From Amphiscolops sp. MND2022 (lineage: Eukaryota), in assembly GCA_964187785.1 (NCBI GenBank), contig OZ076409.1, positions 2,294,001 to 2,358,000 of the forward strand: a stretch of 64,000 nucleotides of DNA. The letters are read 5' to 3'. The position numbers and the translations under genes were made by a program. Below, piece by piece: positions 39,652-52,207 of the stretch (positions are counted from its first letter, which is position 1; each line of letters starts with the position of its first letter). Below the pieces are notes generated by a model. The model was not told the DNA's origin. It saw only the letters and a program-made list of their open reading frames with translations, and ran no database searches.

Positions 39652-39784
39652 ATGTCAGAGGATATCATTACTGGTTTACCTGGATATCTTTGAGGATGTC
39701 ACAGGATATCATTACTGGTTTACCTGGATATCTTTGAGGATGTCACAGGATATCATTACTGGTTTACCTGGATATCTTTGAGGA
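39652..39784. repeat. Three copies of a 44-bp tandem repeat spanning an exon-intron boundary
   Basis: GATATCATTACTGGTTTACCTGGATATCTTTGAGGA recurs at 39661, 39705 and 39749. Confidence 0.95.
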
Positions 39785-39973
39785 GCAAATCTTCGATCTT
39801 CAAGTTGATCACAGCCACGAACTGGGCCATGATGAGTTTGAGCACGTACTGAGCTGGCTCCGAGTCCAGTTCCATTGTGGCAGCCAGAGATCCCCCATTC
39901 ACAAGAGTGCCAGACGTGTCACTGAAAGACTCCATGTTGCCAACAGAGGCCAGCGATGACGCAATACTGGCTC
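39768..39973 (-). CDS. fry: Furry homolog exon
   Basis: PAQYVLKLIMAQFVAVINLKIE resembles the FRY/FRYL N-terminal PGEYVLKSLF..F....E.KI motif; TTCCAG| acceptor, CAG|GTAAAC donor. Confidence 0.9.
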
Positions 39974-40652
39974 CTGGAACCAAAAAATATCGGTTTGAAT
40001 ATCACGAATGGCCCATGTTACTGATAAGCTGTTGAAACTCATTTTTGCGGAAAACGTGAAAAAAATTTTGTAAGCATATGATGATAGGAAATAATGTCAA
40101 TTTCATTGCAGGGGTTTCATTGCAGTCACATATTGATAGAAACCCGAAGTTCCGAAGGCCTTACATTACAGTGCTGTGACAACGAAATGGTAGATAAGAA
40201 ACATTCTAATGAAATTTCAGTGCAAATTGCTGAAAAACAACTTAGAAGAGCAGTTTTCCGTAAAAAAGTTTCTTAGAATTTTATCAAATTTGAAAGATTT
40301 TTGTTTGACGCTTCTGTTAGCATTATTGACGAAGTTTGAATATGATAATTTCATATGCACTAAGATAGGGATATGCATCTAACTAAAATCATTTTTGCTT
40401 TATGTTCCATTTCTTTAATGAAAGTTGTTTTCTGTATTGCCCTCTTCAATTACAGACCTTTTCTGGGTTCTATTTAGTTTTCAGCTTAAGTCACTTAATT
40501 GATCCCCCAGTGCAGAGGCTCCAAGAGGTGCAAAATCTTGTTCTCTGTCCTTATTGAATACATTCAACCTGAAGTTTTTAATTATTCATGTGTTATTGTG
40601 TTAATATTATATTCAATTTTAAAAAAAAACTTTCCTCTTTTTCACAGAACTG

Positions 40653-41139
40653 AACAAGACGGGAACGTCTAAAGTCGGCGCTATATCTAAGGCTCAAAAA
40701 GCGCAGAAGACTTTTTAAAAAAAAAACTGAAATTTTTGATTTTTTTCTTTCAGAAAAGGTCGCATAGTGCCGAAAAATGTAAAAGGGGGACCCTCTGGGC
40801 TTTATTAACATATATTCTGGTGCAAAATATCAAAAAACTCGAAAGGGGGACTCTTTTGGCATTAAAAAATTTTAGAAAGTCACACAATGCCGGAAAAAAA
40901 TCGAAATGGGGGACCCTTTAGTCTCGTCCGGTTTTGTAGGTTACGTTAAAATAGTAAAAAATGAAAGGGGGCCCTTTTGCACTAATTTCCGCTGACCTGA
41001 CTCGGCCTTATGGTAGTAGTTTTAGTAGTTTCGATTGTAAGAAAAGTGGCCCAATCAGAGTGAGATTGTAGTCTGACGAAAAAAAAACTAGCCACTGTAA
41101 GAGTCGGGCTCTTTTCACTAGAACAGCGCCGACTAAAAA
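40653..41139 (-). mobile_element. HINE copy
   Basis: AACAAGACGGGAACGTCTAAAGTCGGCGC...GCGCCGACTAAAAA. Confidence 0.85.
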
Positions 41140-41489
41140 TAGGGGAGTCTTGCATTTACGAGCCGCGGCTTGTAGCTAATAGATAGAATAAACGTTGCTC
41201 CTCCTCAGTTTTTGTGTTCGGTAATCGTCAGTTGTGGTTCTTTTGAGCTCCTGTATTCCCAATGTTTCTGCCCCATTAGTGCGGTTTTTGCAATAATTTT
41301 TGAAATATCGCTTTACTACCTAGGCGTTCAAACGAGACCACAACTATATGGACATACACGTACGTCATACGATTTTTGTTTGGTTATACGTACGTCATAC
41401 GATTTTTGTTTGTCATACGAACATGTTTTTTGGTTACATGACATTTCGTACCTCATACGATTTTTGTTTGTCATACGAACATGTTTTTT

Positions 41490-42379
41490 GGTTACATGAC
41501 ATTTCGTCCAATGCAATTTCAACCTATGCAATTTCAACCGTCGACAATTTCAACCTATAACATTTTCAACCTTCCGCTATTTCGACCTATACTAATTTTG
41601 GCTAACTACTCCTAATTCGGTTGAGTTATTATTTCAGTATAATAGTTAGTAATAAATCAAAGCTCTAAATATTGGTATTTTTATTCGGCGCTTTTCTTAA
41701 AAGAGCCCGACTATTACAGTCACTCATTTTTTTTATTTAAGACAGACTCGAAGCGACGAACGTTAAAATTAACGTTCAACTACTAAATACAGTACTAAAC
41801 TACTGGACCGCTAAAGGCAAACGGGGAGCGCATTCATTTACTTTTTAAACGTTACCTACAAGCCCGGAGGGACTAAAGTTCCCCCCCCCTTCGATTTTTT
41901 TTCGGCACTGTGAGACTTTTTCGAAATTTTTTTAATGTCCCCAAAGGGTCCCCCCTTTGACTTTTTTGTTATTTTGCTACAGAATGCGTGTTTATAAATC
42001 AAAAAGGGTCCCCCATTTACATTTTTCGGCACTGTGCGACATTTTTCGAAAGAAATTTTTTTTTCGAAATTTTCAAGTTTTTTTCCGAAAAAAACGTTTT
42101 TCGCTTTTTGAGCCTTAGATATAGCGCCGACTTGAGACGTTCCCGTCTTGTTTCATGAAGACGCCAAAACGTATCAAAATGGCGTAAAAATTAGCACATT
42201 TGAATTTAAAACTGTATGAAAATGAAAACAACCTAAAATATTTATATAACTAATTAGGAGTAATTAGCCAAAACTAGTATAGGTCGAAATTGCGGAAGGT
42301 TGAAAATGCAATAGGTTGAGATTGTCAACGGTTGAAATTGCATAGGTTGAAATTGCATTGGTCGAAATGTCATGTTACC
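41490..42379. mobile_element. Foldback-like MITE interrupted by a HINE (41678-42152)
   Basis: Arms homologous to 38521-38928; the nested HINE ends AGACGTTCCCGTCTTGTT. Confidence 0.8.
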
Positions 42380-42759
42380 ATTTTTTTATTCCGTTTTTTT
42401 CTAACTGTTATGTAATCCGTTTTTAATCCATTGCAAAAAAATTGAAGGGACCCTTGGGGAAAAAATTTTTTCCGGAAAAAAAGTCTCACAACGCCGAAAA
42501 AAACTGAAAGGGGGGACCCTTTGGTGTCGCCCGGTATGGCATGTTACGCAGGAAAACAGGAAAAACCTTTTTGGTTCAGTTCGCTAGGCCAAATGGTGCA
42601 ATTTGGTGCAATAATATTTTGTAGAACTTTTGGTCAGTTCAGGTGGTCTTAAAAAAATAAAAACACTGACGAAAAGCCATGACTATAGTCGACTCTTTTC
42701 TAAAGAAAAGCGCCGACTAAAAAGCATATTATATTGCTTTCCTTTTGAATAATACCAGG

Positions 42760-43024
42760 TCCTTTCCTCTCGGCATCTCAAATTCTTTTTTTTTCGTTCA
42801 TCAAACCTCAGTTTTGTATTCAGCGGAGTAACCACATTGGAATCCAGATGTTCATGATTCTCATTTTCATTTCGGAGAAGATTCCTTCACGAAAAAAAAA
42901 GGAATAATCATAGGTTTTAGAGAAGAGCCAAGTCGACATGACAAAAAAGGTATTTACATGTACTGTATTCACAAACTCTAACATTTCATTGGGTGTCAAT
43001 GACGCCCCCCCCCCAAAAAAAAAA
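42760..43024 (+). repeat. Dispersed direct repeat of ~32437-32780
   Basis: CCTTTCCTCTCGGCATCTCAAATTC...GGGTGTCAATGACGC(n)AAAA occurs at both places. Confidence 0.85.
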
Positions 43025-43518
43025 CAAGCCGGGACCGGCCCAAGTCGGCGCCATATCTAAGGCTCAAAAATAGCGAAAGGACTTCAATATCTCAAAGTAT
43101 TGGTGAGTTGGGGACCCTTTTATGAAAAAAAAATTTTGGAAAAAAAAGTCTCACAATGCCGAAAAAAACTGAAAGGGTGGACTCTTTGGGGGTTTTCAAC
43201 ATCCATTTTGTCGCAAAACATCAAAAAATTGAAGGAGGGACCCTTCGGAAAATTTTTTTTCCGGAAAAACGTCTCTTAATGCCGAAAAAAATTGAAAGGG
43301 GGACCCTTTGGTCTCGCCCGGAATGGTATGTTACGCGGGAAAACAGGAAAAACCTTTTTGGTTCAGTTCGCTAGGCCAAATGGTGCAATTTGGTGCAATA
43401 ATATTTTGTAGAACTTTTGTAGAACTATTTTGGTCAGTTCAGGTGGTCTTAAAAAAACACTGACGAAAAGCCATGACTATAGTCGACTCTTTTCCAAAGA
43501 AAAGCGCCGACTAAAAAA
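43023..43518 (-). mobile_element. HINE copy (partial duplicate at ~42430-42722)
   Basis: AACAAGCCGGGACCGGCCCAAGTCGGCGCC...GCGCCGACTAAAA. Confidence 0.85.
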
Positions 43519-43527
43519 CAGGTCCAC

Positions 43528-43673
43528 CTGAATGGGTGAGTCCGCCTGTTGTGTCTTGAGAGAAGGAGGAGGGGTTACCCACAGCACTGGGGGTGCCACT
43601 GCCCCCGCAAGGAGTGCCGGGCAGACAGCTGAAGTTGAGGGGAAACACTGACTCCGTCTCCGTCAGGGTTATC
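43528..43673 (-). CDS. fry: Furry homolog, probable N-terminal low-complexity exon
   Basis: GC-richer island with acceptor TTTAACAG| and donor TCAG|GTGGAC; the phase-1 end joins in frame to the exon starting at 39973. The peptide (ITLTETESVFPLNF...THSG) is not itself recognisably conserved. Confidence 0.65.
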
Positions 43674-43730
43674 CTGTTAAACAGCAAAACAAACTTGACT
43701 TCCTCTCTTATCATATGCTTCAATTGAGAG

Positions 43731-44049
43731 CAAGGTTGGCCAAAATAAAACATGGGTGTTTTAGAACACGTTTTAAAACAGTTTTAAAACACTGTTTTAT
43801 TTGGAATAAAATACAGTCCCATCATAGGTTTTTTCATTTTATTTCATCAGGTCCATCCACTCTGATCTTCGCCACAGGCTTGGAGTTCAGAAAGTTGAAA
43901 AACTTAATTTTGTGATGCGATATTTGAATGATATTGAATAAGACCCTCCTTTCAAGTGTTTTTCTGTCTTTGTCAGAGGGAATTTTAAACATGTTTTAAA
44001 ACGTTAAAAACGTTAAAAATTAATTTAAAACATAGAATGGCCAACCCTG
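43731..44049. mobile_element. hAT MITE
   Basis: TIR CA(A/G)GGTTGGCCA; 8-bp TSD ATTGAGAG at 43723-43730 and 44050-44057. Confidence 0.9.
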
Positions 44050-44804
44050 ATTGAGAGAGTGGAAACTATTGCATATTTCCAATGGCGGCACTCTTACTAA
44101 ATTGCGCTTGGATGACTCGGAAATCTCATTGTGGTTGGTTGAGTTTTTTCAAATATGCCAAAATGTATAAATGAACAAAAATGTATCAATGTCGAAAGGA
44201 TTATATATTTTTCGAAAGTTTTTTTTCCAAATATTGAGGACATTTAAATCAACTTTTGTTTTTACATTCAGAAATTTGTCAACAGAAAAACTTATTAATT
44301 ACAAAAAGACACAGGCGCTCAAAACAAATATAGAAGAACAGATAACTTTGAAAAACTTCATCCGACAAGTTGAAAATATTAATTAAAAGGAAATAATTGC
44401 AAGTGACTTCTGCGTGAACCAAAGAGTCCCCTTTGGCGTTGTGTCAGCGTAGTAACCCCTTAGAGGGTTATTCTTTTTAAACATTTACGAAGGAGTTGCT
44501 AAATTTCAAAATCGTATCTTAACCCTAAATGGACCAGGACCGATCCAAAAATCTGGTGTTTAAATTTTACACCGCAATATCTCCTAAACTATTCAAGTCC
44601 GACAAACAATTTATAGAGCGTACGAAAGAGTACAATCAGGGCTTTCAAATCAATTTTCAAACTGCTGGGCTCCGGACTTTGCGCCAAAACTTTGCACGCC
44701 TTGCGTCTCTGATTGCATTTCAGCATGTTTCAACACATGCTAGGGAGTAGTGGTGGTGTGTATGCCTTGAGTTTTCAGCGTAGTCGGGTCCTAAATTAAA
44801 GTAG

Positions 44805-44884
44805 AAAAACATTTTTGTTGGTGGGGCTCGAACTCGGGCCGGTGGGGTCGGAGTCGGATGGCTTACCGCTGGGCCACGGTGAGC
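44805..44884 (-). ncRNA. tRNA-like Pol III cassette in the left TIR
   Basis: Mirror copy with a better B box (GAGTTCGAGCC). Confidence 0.5.
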
Positions 44885-45039
44885 TGAAATAGCTTGAATT
44901 GTACTTTCATATAAAGCGTTCTGAGCTCATAGCGGCGTTTACATCAGTTTGCTGAGTATGTATTAATGGGTAGGAGGTATTTCTGCACCAATTTAAAAAT
45001 GAAACTGGGTTTGAAAGATACATATACAGAAGATCGATT

Positions 45040-47838
45040 GCATATACCCAGTATATGCTCATGTATATCCAATCTCACCCGCTTTTGACTAGTGTTAGGG
45101 TTCTATCTCTTGGAAGAGATCACGTATAGCTTACATATGCCAAAGTATTACCAGACTTAGACACTTTTGAAGGTTGTTAGCCTTCGATAAATTGGAAGAT
45201 AGAGTGTATATACCCAGTGTATGCTCCTGTATGTCCAATCTCAGACACTTTTGACTAGTGTTAGCGTTCTTTAGCTTGGAAGAGATTACGTATAGCTTAC
45301 ATATGCCAATGTATAACAAGTCATAGACACCTTTTAATGTTGTTAGCATACTATATAGCGGAAGAGAGACTGTATATACCCGGTATATGCTCATGTATAT
45401 CCAATCTCACCCGCTTTTGACTAATGTTAGGGTTCTATCTCTTGGAAGAGATCACGTATAGCTTACATATGCCAAAGTATTACCAGACTTAGACACTTTT
45501 GAATGTTGTTAGCCTTCGATAAATTGGGAGATAAAGTGTATATACCCAGTGTATGCTCCTGTATGTCCAATCTCAGACACTTTTGACTAGTGTTAGCGTT
45601 CTTTAGCTTGGAAGAGATTACGTATAGCTTACATATGCCAATGTATAACCAGTCAAAGACACCTTTGAATGTTGTTAGCATACTATATAGCGGAAGAGAG
45701 ACTGTATATACCCAGTGTATGCTCCTGTATGTCCAATCTCAGACACTTTTGACTAGTGTTAGCGTTCTATAGCTTGGAAGAGATTACGTATAGCTTACAT
45801 ATGCCAATGTATAACCAGTCTTCGACACCTTTGAATGTTGTTAGCCTTCGATAAATTGGAAGATAGACTGTATTTACCCAGTGTAAGCTCATGTATATCG
45901 AATCTCAGACACATTTGACTAGTGTTAGCGTTCTATATCTTGAAAGACATTACGTATATCTTACAAAAGCCAATATATAACCAGTCTTAGAAACTTTTGA
46001 CTGTTGTTAGCATACTGTATACCAAAAGATACTGTATACACCTAGTACATGCTGATGTATAACTAATCCCAGGCACTTTTGGCTAGTGTTAGCGTTCTAT
46101 AACTTGAAAGAGATTACCTATAGCTTACATGTGCCAATGTATACCAATCTTAGACACTTTTGAATGTTGTTAGCATACTATATAGCGGAAGATAGACTGT
46201 ATATATCCGGTATCAGCTTTTGTATATCCAATATCAGACACTTGTGACTAGTGTTAGCGTTCTATATCGAAAGACATTACGTATGGCTTACAAAGACCAA
46301 TGTATTACCAGTCTTAGACACCTTTGAATGTTGTTAGCCTTCGATAAATTGGGCGATAGACTGTTTATACCCAGTGTATGCTCCTGTATGTCCAATCTCA
46401 GACACTTTTGACTAGTGTTAGCGTTCTATGGCTTGGAAGAGATTACGTATAGCTTACATATGCCAATGTATAACAAGTCATAGAAACTTTTGACTGTTGT
46501 TAGCATACTATATACCAAAATAGACTGTATACACCTAGTACATGCTGATGTATAACTAATCTGACACTTTTGGCTAGTGTTAGCGTTCTATAACTTGAAA
46601 GAGAGTACCTATAGCTTACATGTGCCAATGTTTAACCAGTCTTAGACAATTTTGAATGTTGTCAGCATACTATATACCGGAAGATAGACTGTATATATCC
46701 GGTATTAGCTTATGTATATCCAATATCAGACATTTTTGACTAGTGTTAGCGTTCTATATCTTGAAAAACATTACGTATGGCTTACATAGACCAATGTATA
46801 ACCTGTCTTAGACACTTTTGAATGTTTTTAGCCTTCGATAAATTGGAAGATCGGCTGTTTATACCCAGTGTAAGCTCATTTATATCCAATCTCACCCGCT
46901 TTTGACTAGTGTTAGGGTTCTATATCTTGGAAGAGATTACGTATAGCTTACATATGCCAAAGTATTACCAGACTTAGACTCTTTTGAATTATGTTAGCAT
47001 ACTATATACCGAAAGATAGACTCTATATGCTCGGTATATGCTGATGTATATCCAATCTCAGACACTTTTGACTTGTGTTAGCATACTATATACCAGAAGA
47101 TAGACTGTATATACCCTGTATATGCTAATGTATATCCAATCTCAGACACGTTTGACTAGTGTTAGCGATCTATATCTTGAAAGAGAACCTAAATCTTCTG
47201 CATTGTCATGTATATCTAATCTCAGACAGTTTTGCATAGTGTGTTAGCCTGTTGAATACTGAACGAGAGACTACCTAAATCGTGTATACGATAATGCATA
47301 CCCAATTTTAGACCCTTTAGCATGATGTTAGTCTACTATACACAGAAAATAGACTGCATACACCCTAAATAAGCTCATGTATATACAAACATGGACACGT
47401 TTGACTAGTTTAGCGTTCTATTTATTGAAAGAGATTACCTAAACCCTCTACAATTTCTTGTATATCTAATCTTAGACACTTTTTCTTGGTGTTAGCCTAT
47501 AAACACTGAAAAATTGACTGCACAAATTGTGTATACGCTAGTGTATAACCAACCTCATACACTTTTGCATGATTAGTCAGTACTGTATACTGAACGATAG
47601 ACTGCAAATGTCTCTTGTATATCCATCGTCAAGCAATTCTGGACAATTTTGGCTGGCATTAGCCTTCTATCTATTGGAAGATAGACCGCATGTAACCAAC
47701 AAGGCCTCACGTATTTTCAATTTTGGACGGACTGCATGTAACAAGGCCTCACGTATTTTCAATTTTGGAGGGTTTTGGCTAGCAATAGCCTACTACATAC
47801 CGAAAAATAGACTGCTTTTGACCTGAGTAGCGTCACTC
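45040..47838 (-). repeat. 166-bp satellite array (two ~83-bp halves, 332-bp higher order) in the left TIR
   Basis: GACTA(G/A)TGTTAG recurs at 45087, 45253 and 45419; the array degenerates inward and is cut by the gap. Confidence 0.93.
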
Positions 47839-48038
47839 NNNNNNNNNNNNNNNNNNNNNNNNNNNNNNNNNNNNNNNNNNNNNNNNNNNNNNNNNNNNNN
47901 NNNNNNNNNNNNNNNNNNNNNNNNNNNNNNNNNNNNNNNNNNNNNNNNNNNNNNNNNNNNNNNNNNNNNNNNNNNNNNNNNNNNNNNNNNNNNNNNNNNN
48001 NNNNNNNNNNNNNNNNNNNNNNNNNNNNNNNNNNNNNN
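47839..48038. other. Assembly gap (200 N)
   Basis: Run of N. Confidence 1.
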
Positions 48039-49449
48039 GTTCACGATTTGTAAAAAAAACTCTCCCAAATAGAAGGCTCCTTGGGTCCAGGGGACAATAA
48101 GAATTGCTTTCCATATTCTTTTGTCGAAAATGACTGCCTGGGTGGAACAATGAACTTGAAATGTTTGCGGAGTAAATCATCAATGATGTCTTTGACAAGT
48201 AAAGTTTTGATTATTTTTTTTCGGAAATTGCCACACGGAGTAGCGTTCTTCTGAGTTCATAGATTTTTTGGATTGTGAACTGGTGAACATCAAAAATCTT
48301 TTCAACGATTTCGCAAATGGTTTCGTTAAATCATGGGAAACAGGAAATGCTTCCGACAACTGCCGCCAGTGGCGAGGTGTAGAAGCATGGAAACCACGCT
48401 TTCCCTTTTTGTCTGCGAATGATAGCCGGTCGCAACCATGCTTGTAGTAGTGTATAGGTAACCCAAGTGAATCTGCAAAAACTAGGTCATCATCTTTTTT
48501 GCGGCCGAGTAAAACCCAATGAGTGAATTTTTGATTCGCTTTGTCTGAGTTTACAATCAAGAATGATTGGCAATCGATATAAAGAGGAATGTGTCCGCTG
48601 CATTGACACCTTCAAAATTGTACTAGAGACGTACGCATCTAATGATTAGACGCCACAATTCTACCTCATCAATCATTTTTTTAGTCTGAATTCCAGTTTC
48701 GGTAAGGCGGTTTGTTGAGAATTTTGTCAACCTTTTGGGTTCATTTCACAAGAAAAACTCTGCTCGTTAGTGAAATTCTGAACTTTAGTCGTACAATATC
48801 TAATTGTTTATTGGTTTGTTACATGAAACTAATATTGAAAAACTGCTGGTTCCATTCAGGTATGATGATCAAACAAGTTCAATTGCATTTTTTTGAATTT
48901 CAATTTGACTCAACACAGAGGCTCGAGCCCCAATTTAGATCAGTACGGGGACTCGCAAGAGCCAGTCAATCATGAGAGAACTGATAAGTCTTCAAGTCAC
49001 TATTGAATAATCGAACCGAAGTGACAGAAATGTTCCTGTTGAGATATATTTGAACCGTCTTATGAACTGCTAGGCAAAAAGGGAAAGCGTGGTTTCCATG
49101 CTTCTTCTACACCTCGCCACTGGCGGCAGTTGTCGGAAGCATTTCCTGTTTCCCATGATTTAACGAAACCATTTGCGAAATCGTTGAAAAGATTTTTAAT
49201 GTTCACCAGTTCACAATCCAAAAACATCTATGAACTCAGAAGAACGCTACTCCGTGTGGCAATTTCCGAAAAAAAAATCAAAACTTTGCTTGTCAAAGAC
49301 ATCATTGATGATTTACTCCGCAAACATTTCAAGTTCATTGTTCCACCCAGGCAGTCATTTTCGACAAAAGAATATGGAAAGCAATTCTTATTGTCCCCTG
49401 GACCCAAGGAGCCTTCTATTTGGAAGAGTTTTTTTTACAAATCGTGAAC
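48039..49449. repeat. ~370-bp inverted duplication (48039-48411 vs 49076-49449)
   Basis: Near-identical reverse-complement copies; the ORF track shows the same peptides on opposite strands. Confidence 0.92.
48412..48676 (-). pseudogene. Adenain-like (Maverick PRO) cysteine protease, truncated
   Basis: MIDEVELWRL...FEGVNAAD (with a stop and a frameshift), then IVNSD....THWVLL....LVFADSLGLP; the catalytic Cys region is missing. Confidence 0.78.
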
Positions 49450-49768
49450 TATAGCACAAAAGTCTCGAATATGAAAAATGGAAACGCTGCAAGCCAAATC
49501 AAAGATGTCAAAAGTGATGCAACAATGGAACTCAACAAATTGATGATTTCTCACTCCAAGCTCAAAAACTTTCACTTTCATCCTGAAGAAAGTCCTATTA
49601 CCTTCCTCATAACTAGGGTATAACGCTAACAGCTCTTCTGGAAACTTAGAAAATTTGATTAATTGAATTCAAATCTTTTGAGGAATTTTCCAAAGAGTAA
49701 TGAAATATACAATAAAAAACGAAGACATAGTTACACAAACGGAAAACTGAAACACTATTGTAAGTTCG

Positions 49769-50149
49769 TCACAACCCTGTCAGGTCCAACTGTGACACTT
49801 GAAAAGTCGGTTTTTCACCTTCACTCTTTTTCATTTTCTTTGGGGCTGGAGGGCAATCCTTCATTGTGATGATTTTTGATTTCTTTGGTGTCTCAGATGC
49901 ACACACTCGCTTTGCGTCACCTATATTGTTGTAAAGACTGGTTGAACCATCGTCAGGTGACTCGGGCGAACCTTTGATACCCCAGTACCATTCCAGTGTT
50001 TCCATGTCTGACAGGTAGCCTATCTGGTTTTCCGTAAAAGGCACATTCCGGCAGTCAATTTCGTAAAGCAGCTGCCGCACGGCTGAGGGTAACTCGAACC
50101 GATCATAGATTATAGTGGTCGAGAACGGTTCTTCGACTGTGTCCGTCAT
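49769..50149 (-). CDS. Hypothetical 126-aa protein in the Maverick core
   Basis: ATG-initiated intact ORF (MTDTVEEPF...) with a basic NLS-like tail PPAPKKMKK. Confidence 0.55.
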   Translation of the reverse strand: MTDTVEEPFSTTIIYDRFELPSAVRQLLYEIDCRNVPFTENQIGYLSDMETLEWYWGIKGSPESPDDGSTSLYNNIGDAKRVCASETPKKSKIITMKDCPPAPKKMKKSEGEKPTFQVSQLDLTGL

Positions 50150-50896
50150 GTTGGTAGTTTGGGGTGTAATCTTTGGCGAATATTCAGTTCTCAGCAGTGA
50201 AAACAAATCTTTCGGAATTGAAACTGCTTTTGATTGACCGAACGTCTTCCCATAAATCTTCTTCGACTATTGCTATTGTTCTGGTAAACCAAGTTTCGTA
50301 AAACGTGAATCTTGAGTGATTGTTGATACATCTGAAAGTCTGCAACGGTAGTTTCATGGTATCTGGAAAGCAGAGAAAATGAAAGAAAATCCGTTTTGTT
50401 GGTCAAAAAGTCACTTTACAAAACTAACTCACTAGATTAGCGAGAGACCGAGACAGGCAGATTGATAAACAAATATAAACAATTAGGCACCAAGCACTAA
50501 GCCAGATGTTTATGAAATTCAACTTTTGAACAAGTTAATGCTTGAACGCCTATCAAACCGATTTAGCTTTGTAACCGTTTTTATTACTCAACCACAAGAC
50601 TCGATCGAAGTATGTTAGTAATTGCAATAAACTAACTTGTTAAAACGTGTACCACTTCAGCTACATTTTTGCTGTTTTTTTTGTTTTTCAGTGATTCTTG
50701 CTTTTCTGACTCAATCCAAAATGGAAATTGAAGTTACACTGGATCATCCAAGATGTGAGGATCGTTCTGCCTAATATCCAATGCGTGAAAACCCTTTTAC
50801 TAGCTAAGCGCAATCAATGTGTGTGATCAAAAAAAAGTTGTGAATGCAGATTAAATTCGATATCAAAAATAAACCATAAGAAGCATTGCGGACAGA

Positions 50897-51475
50897 TTAT
50901 GACGTTTCAGAAGCATCAAATGAGAAATATAAGCTACTAGAGCTAATACACCCGTAACCATGATCAAGAATGTCTAGTATTTTGTACAAAGTTGAAGCAG
51001 AGGGGCCTTGGGACAGTCGCTGGAATCTTATAAGTGAAACAGTTGGTAAAACACAAGTTTGAGTACTTTTGTCTCGCCTGATTTGAACCAGGGGAACTTT
51101 ACGTCGAGCCTGGGTCAGCAACATTTTGTTCTCTTTCACGTTGTACTGCATCGCCATATGCAATCGTTTCATCACTTCTCCATGCATTACGAAGCCGGAG
51201 CAGTCCGCTAACAAGAGACAGAAAGTTGAGTAGAGGCAAGGTACGTTGTAACTGTTCCTCTTCTCCGAATCACATTCAAAAAGAACATGGTAATGTGATG
51301 GTTTATCAAAACCACAGAGATGATCAGAAGTCGACGCATGAATACCGAACGCATAGTTTGATCCCGATGGAATATCCAGTCCAATCCTTGGTTCATTTTC
51401 AAGCACGAGGTACCGGAAATTTTTTCGATGCTGTTTGAAATAATCAGGATGTTGTTCGTGCATTGCTTCAACCAT
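50897..51475 (-). CDS. HUH-motif protein (Rep/NS1-nuclease-like?), 192 aa
   Basis: Intact ORF with YAFGIH...PSHYHVLF (HUH plus hydrophobic strand; 51281-51295). Confidence 0.55.
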   Translation of the reverse strand: MVEAMHEQHPDYFKQHRKNFRYLVLENEPRIGLDIPSGSNYAFGIHASTSDHLCGFDKPSHYHVLFECDSEKRNSYNVPCLYSTFCLLLADCSGFVMHGEVMKRLHMAMQYNVKENKMLLTQARRKVPLVQIRRDKSTQTCVLPTVSLIRFQRLSQGPSASTLYKILDILDHGYGCISSSSLYFSFDASETS

Positions 51476-51856
51476 GATTTTTTCACAAACCAATGAATTT
51501 CTGAAACATTATCTATAGCGAATGCAACTGATTGAACAGAAACATGGCTGAACAATTCTACCACATGCAAATCGCGACTAAGATTACAACCTTCAATTTG
51601 ACTCAGTAGACGAACCAACACTAGTGATTTTTTGCTCGTTTTAAATCTTTGAATGAGGTGCAAATGTCAACTTGAAAACCCACCACTTATAACTTTTCAA
51701 ACATGTAGAGTAACGGTTTGTACTCCACCAATCTGTGAAGACGACTCAAAGTTTTCATGACTACAATTTATTAGCCAGAATAGAGTGAACGGAAAACCAA
51801 ATACAGCAATATGTAAAAAATCATGACTTCAGAAAGATTTAGAGATTAGTTGTCTT

Positions 51857-52207
51857 TCATATCGTGGTCTCTTTGCTTTTTCTTCCCGGCACATCCGGAT
51901 TGTTTTCTTTGACTCGCTTGTTTGGCTTCTCCCTCATTGCGTCTTCAGAGCTCACAGGTCCTAATCGTATATTCTCTGTATTTGCCATCAAAAGTTGAAA
52001 TTCTTTAACAGCCAGTGCTACCCTTTGTTGCATACAAAAGTTGTCCCGATCATCTCTCCGTTTGAACAATTTTATTGTGATGTAAGTGCCGCCAGAACTT
52101 TGATACGTGTTTGTGGTGACTCGGATCAGCCTTTTTTCGGATGTAGCCACATCAACATATGCATCTCCGAAATCTTGATCTTTCAGCAATGTCGTACCGA
52201 AAATCAT
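51857..52207 (-). CDS. PC4-like ssDNA-binding protein, 116 aa
   Basis: Pattern KRLIRVTTNTY...TYITIKLFK....QRVALAVKEFQLL follows the PC4 beta-beta-beta-beta-helix layout. Confidence 0.6.
   Translation of the reverse strand: MIFGTTLLKDQDFGDAYVDVATSEKRLIRVTTNTYQSSGGTYITIKLFKRRDDRDNFCMQQRVALAVKEFQLLMANTENIRLGPVSSEDAMREKPNKRVKENNPDVPGRKSKETTI

Noticed and set aside
47793..48198. ORFs crossing the N-run
   Set aside because: Artefacts of the assembly gap.
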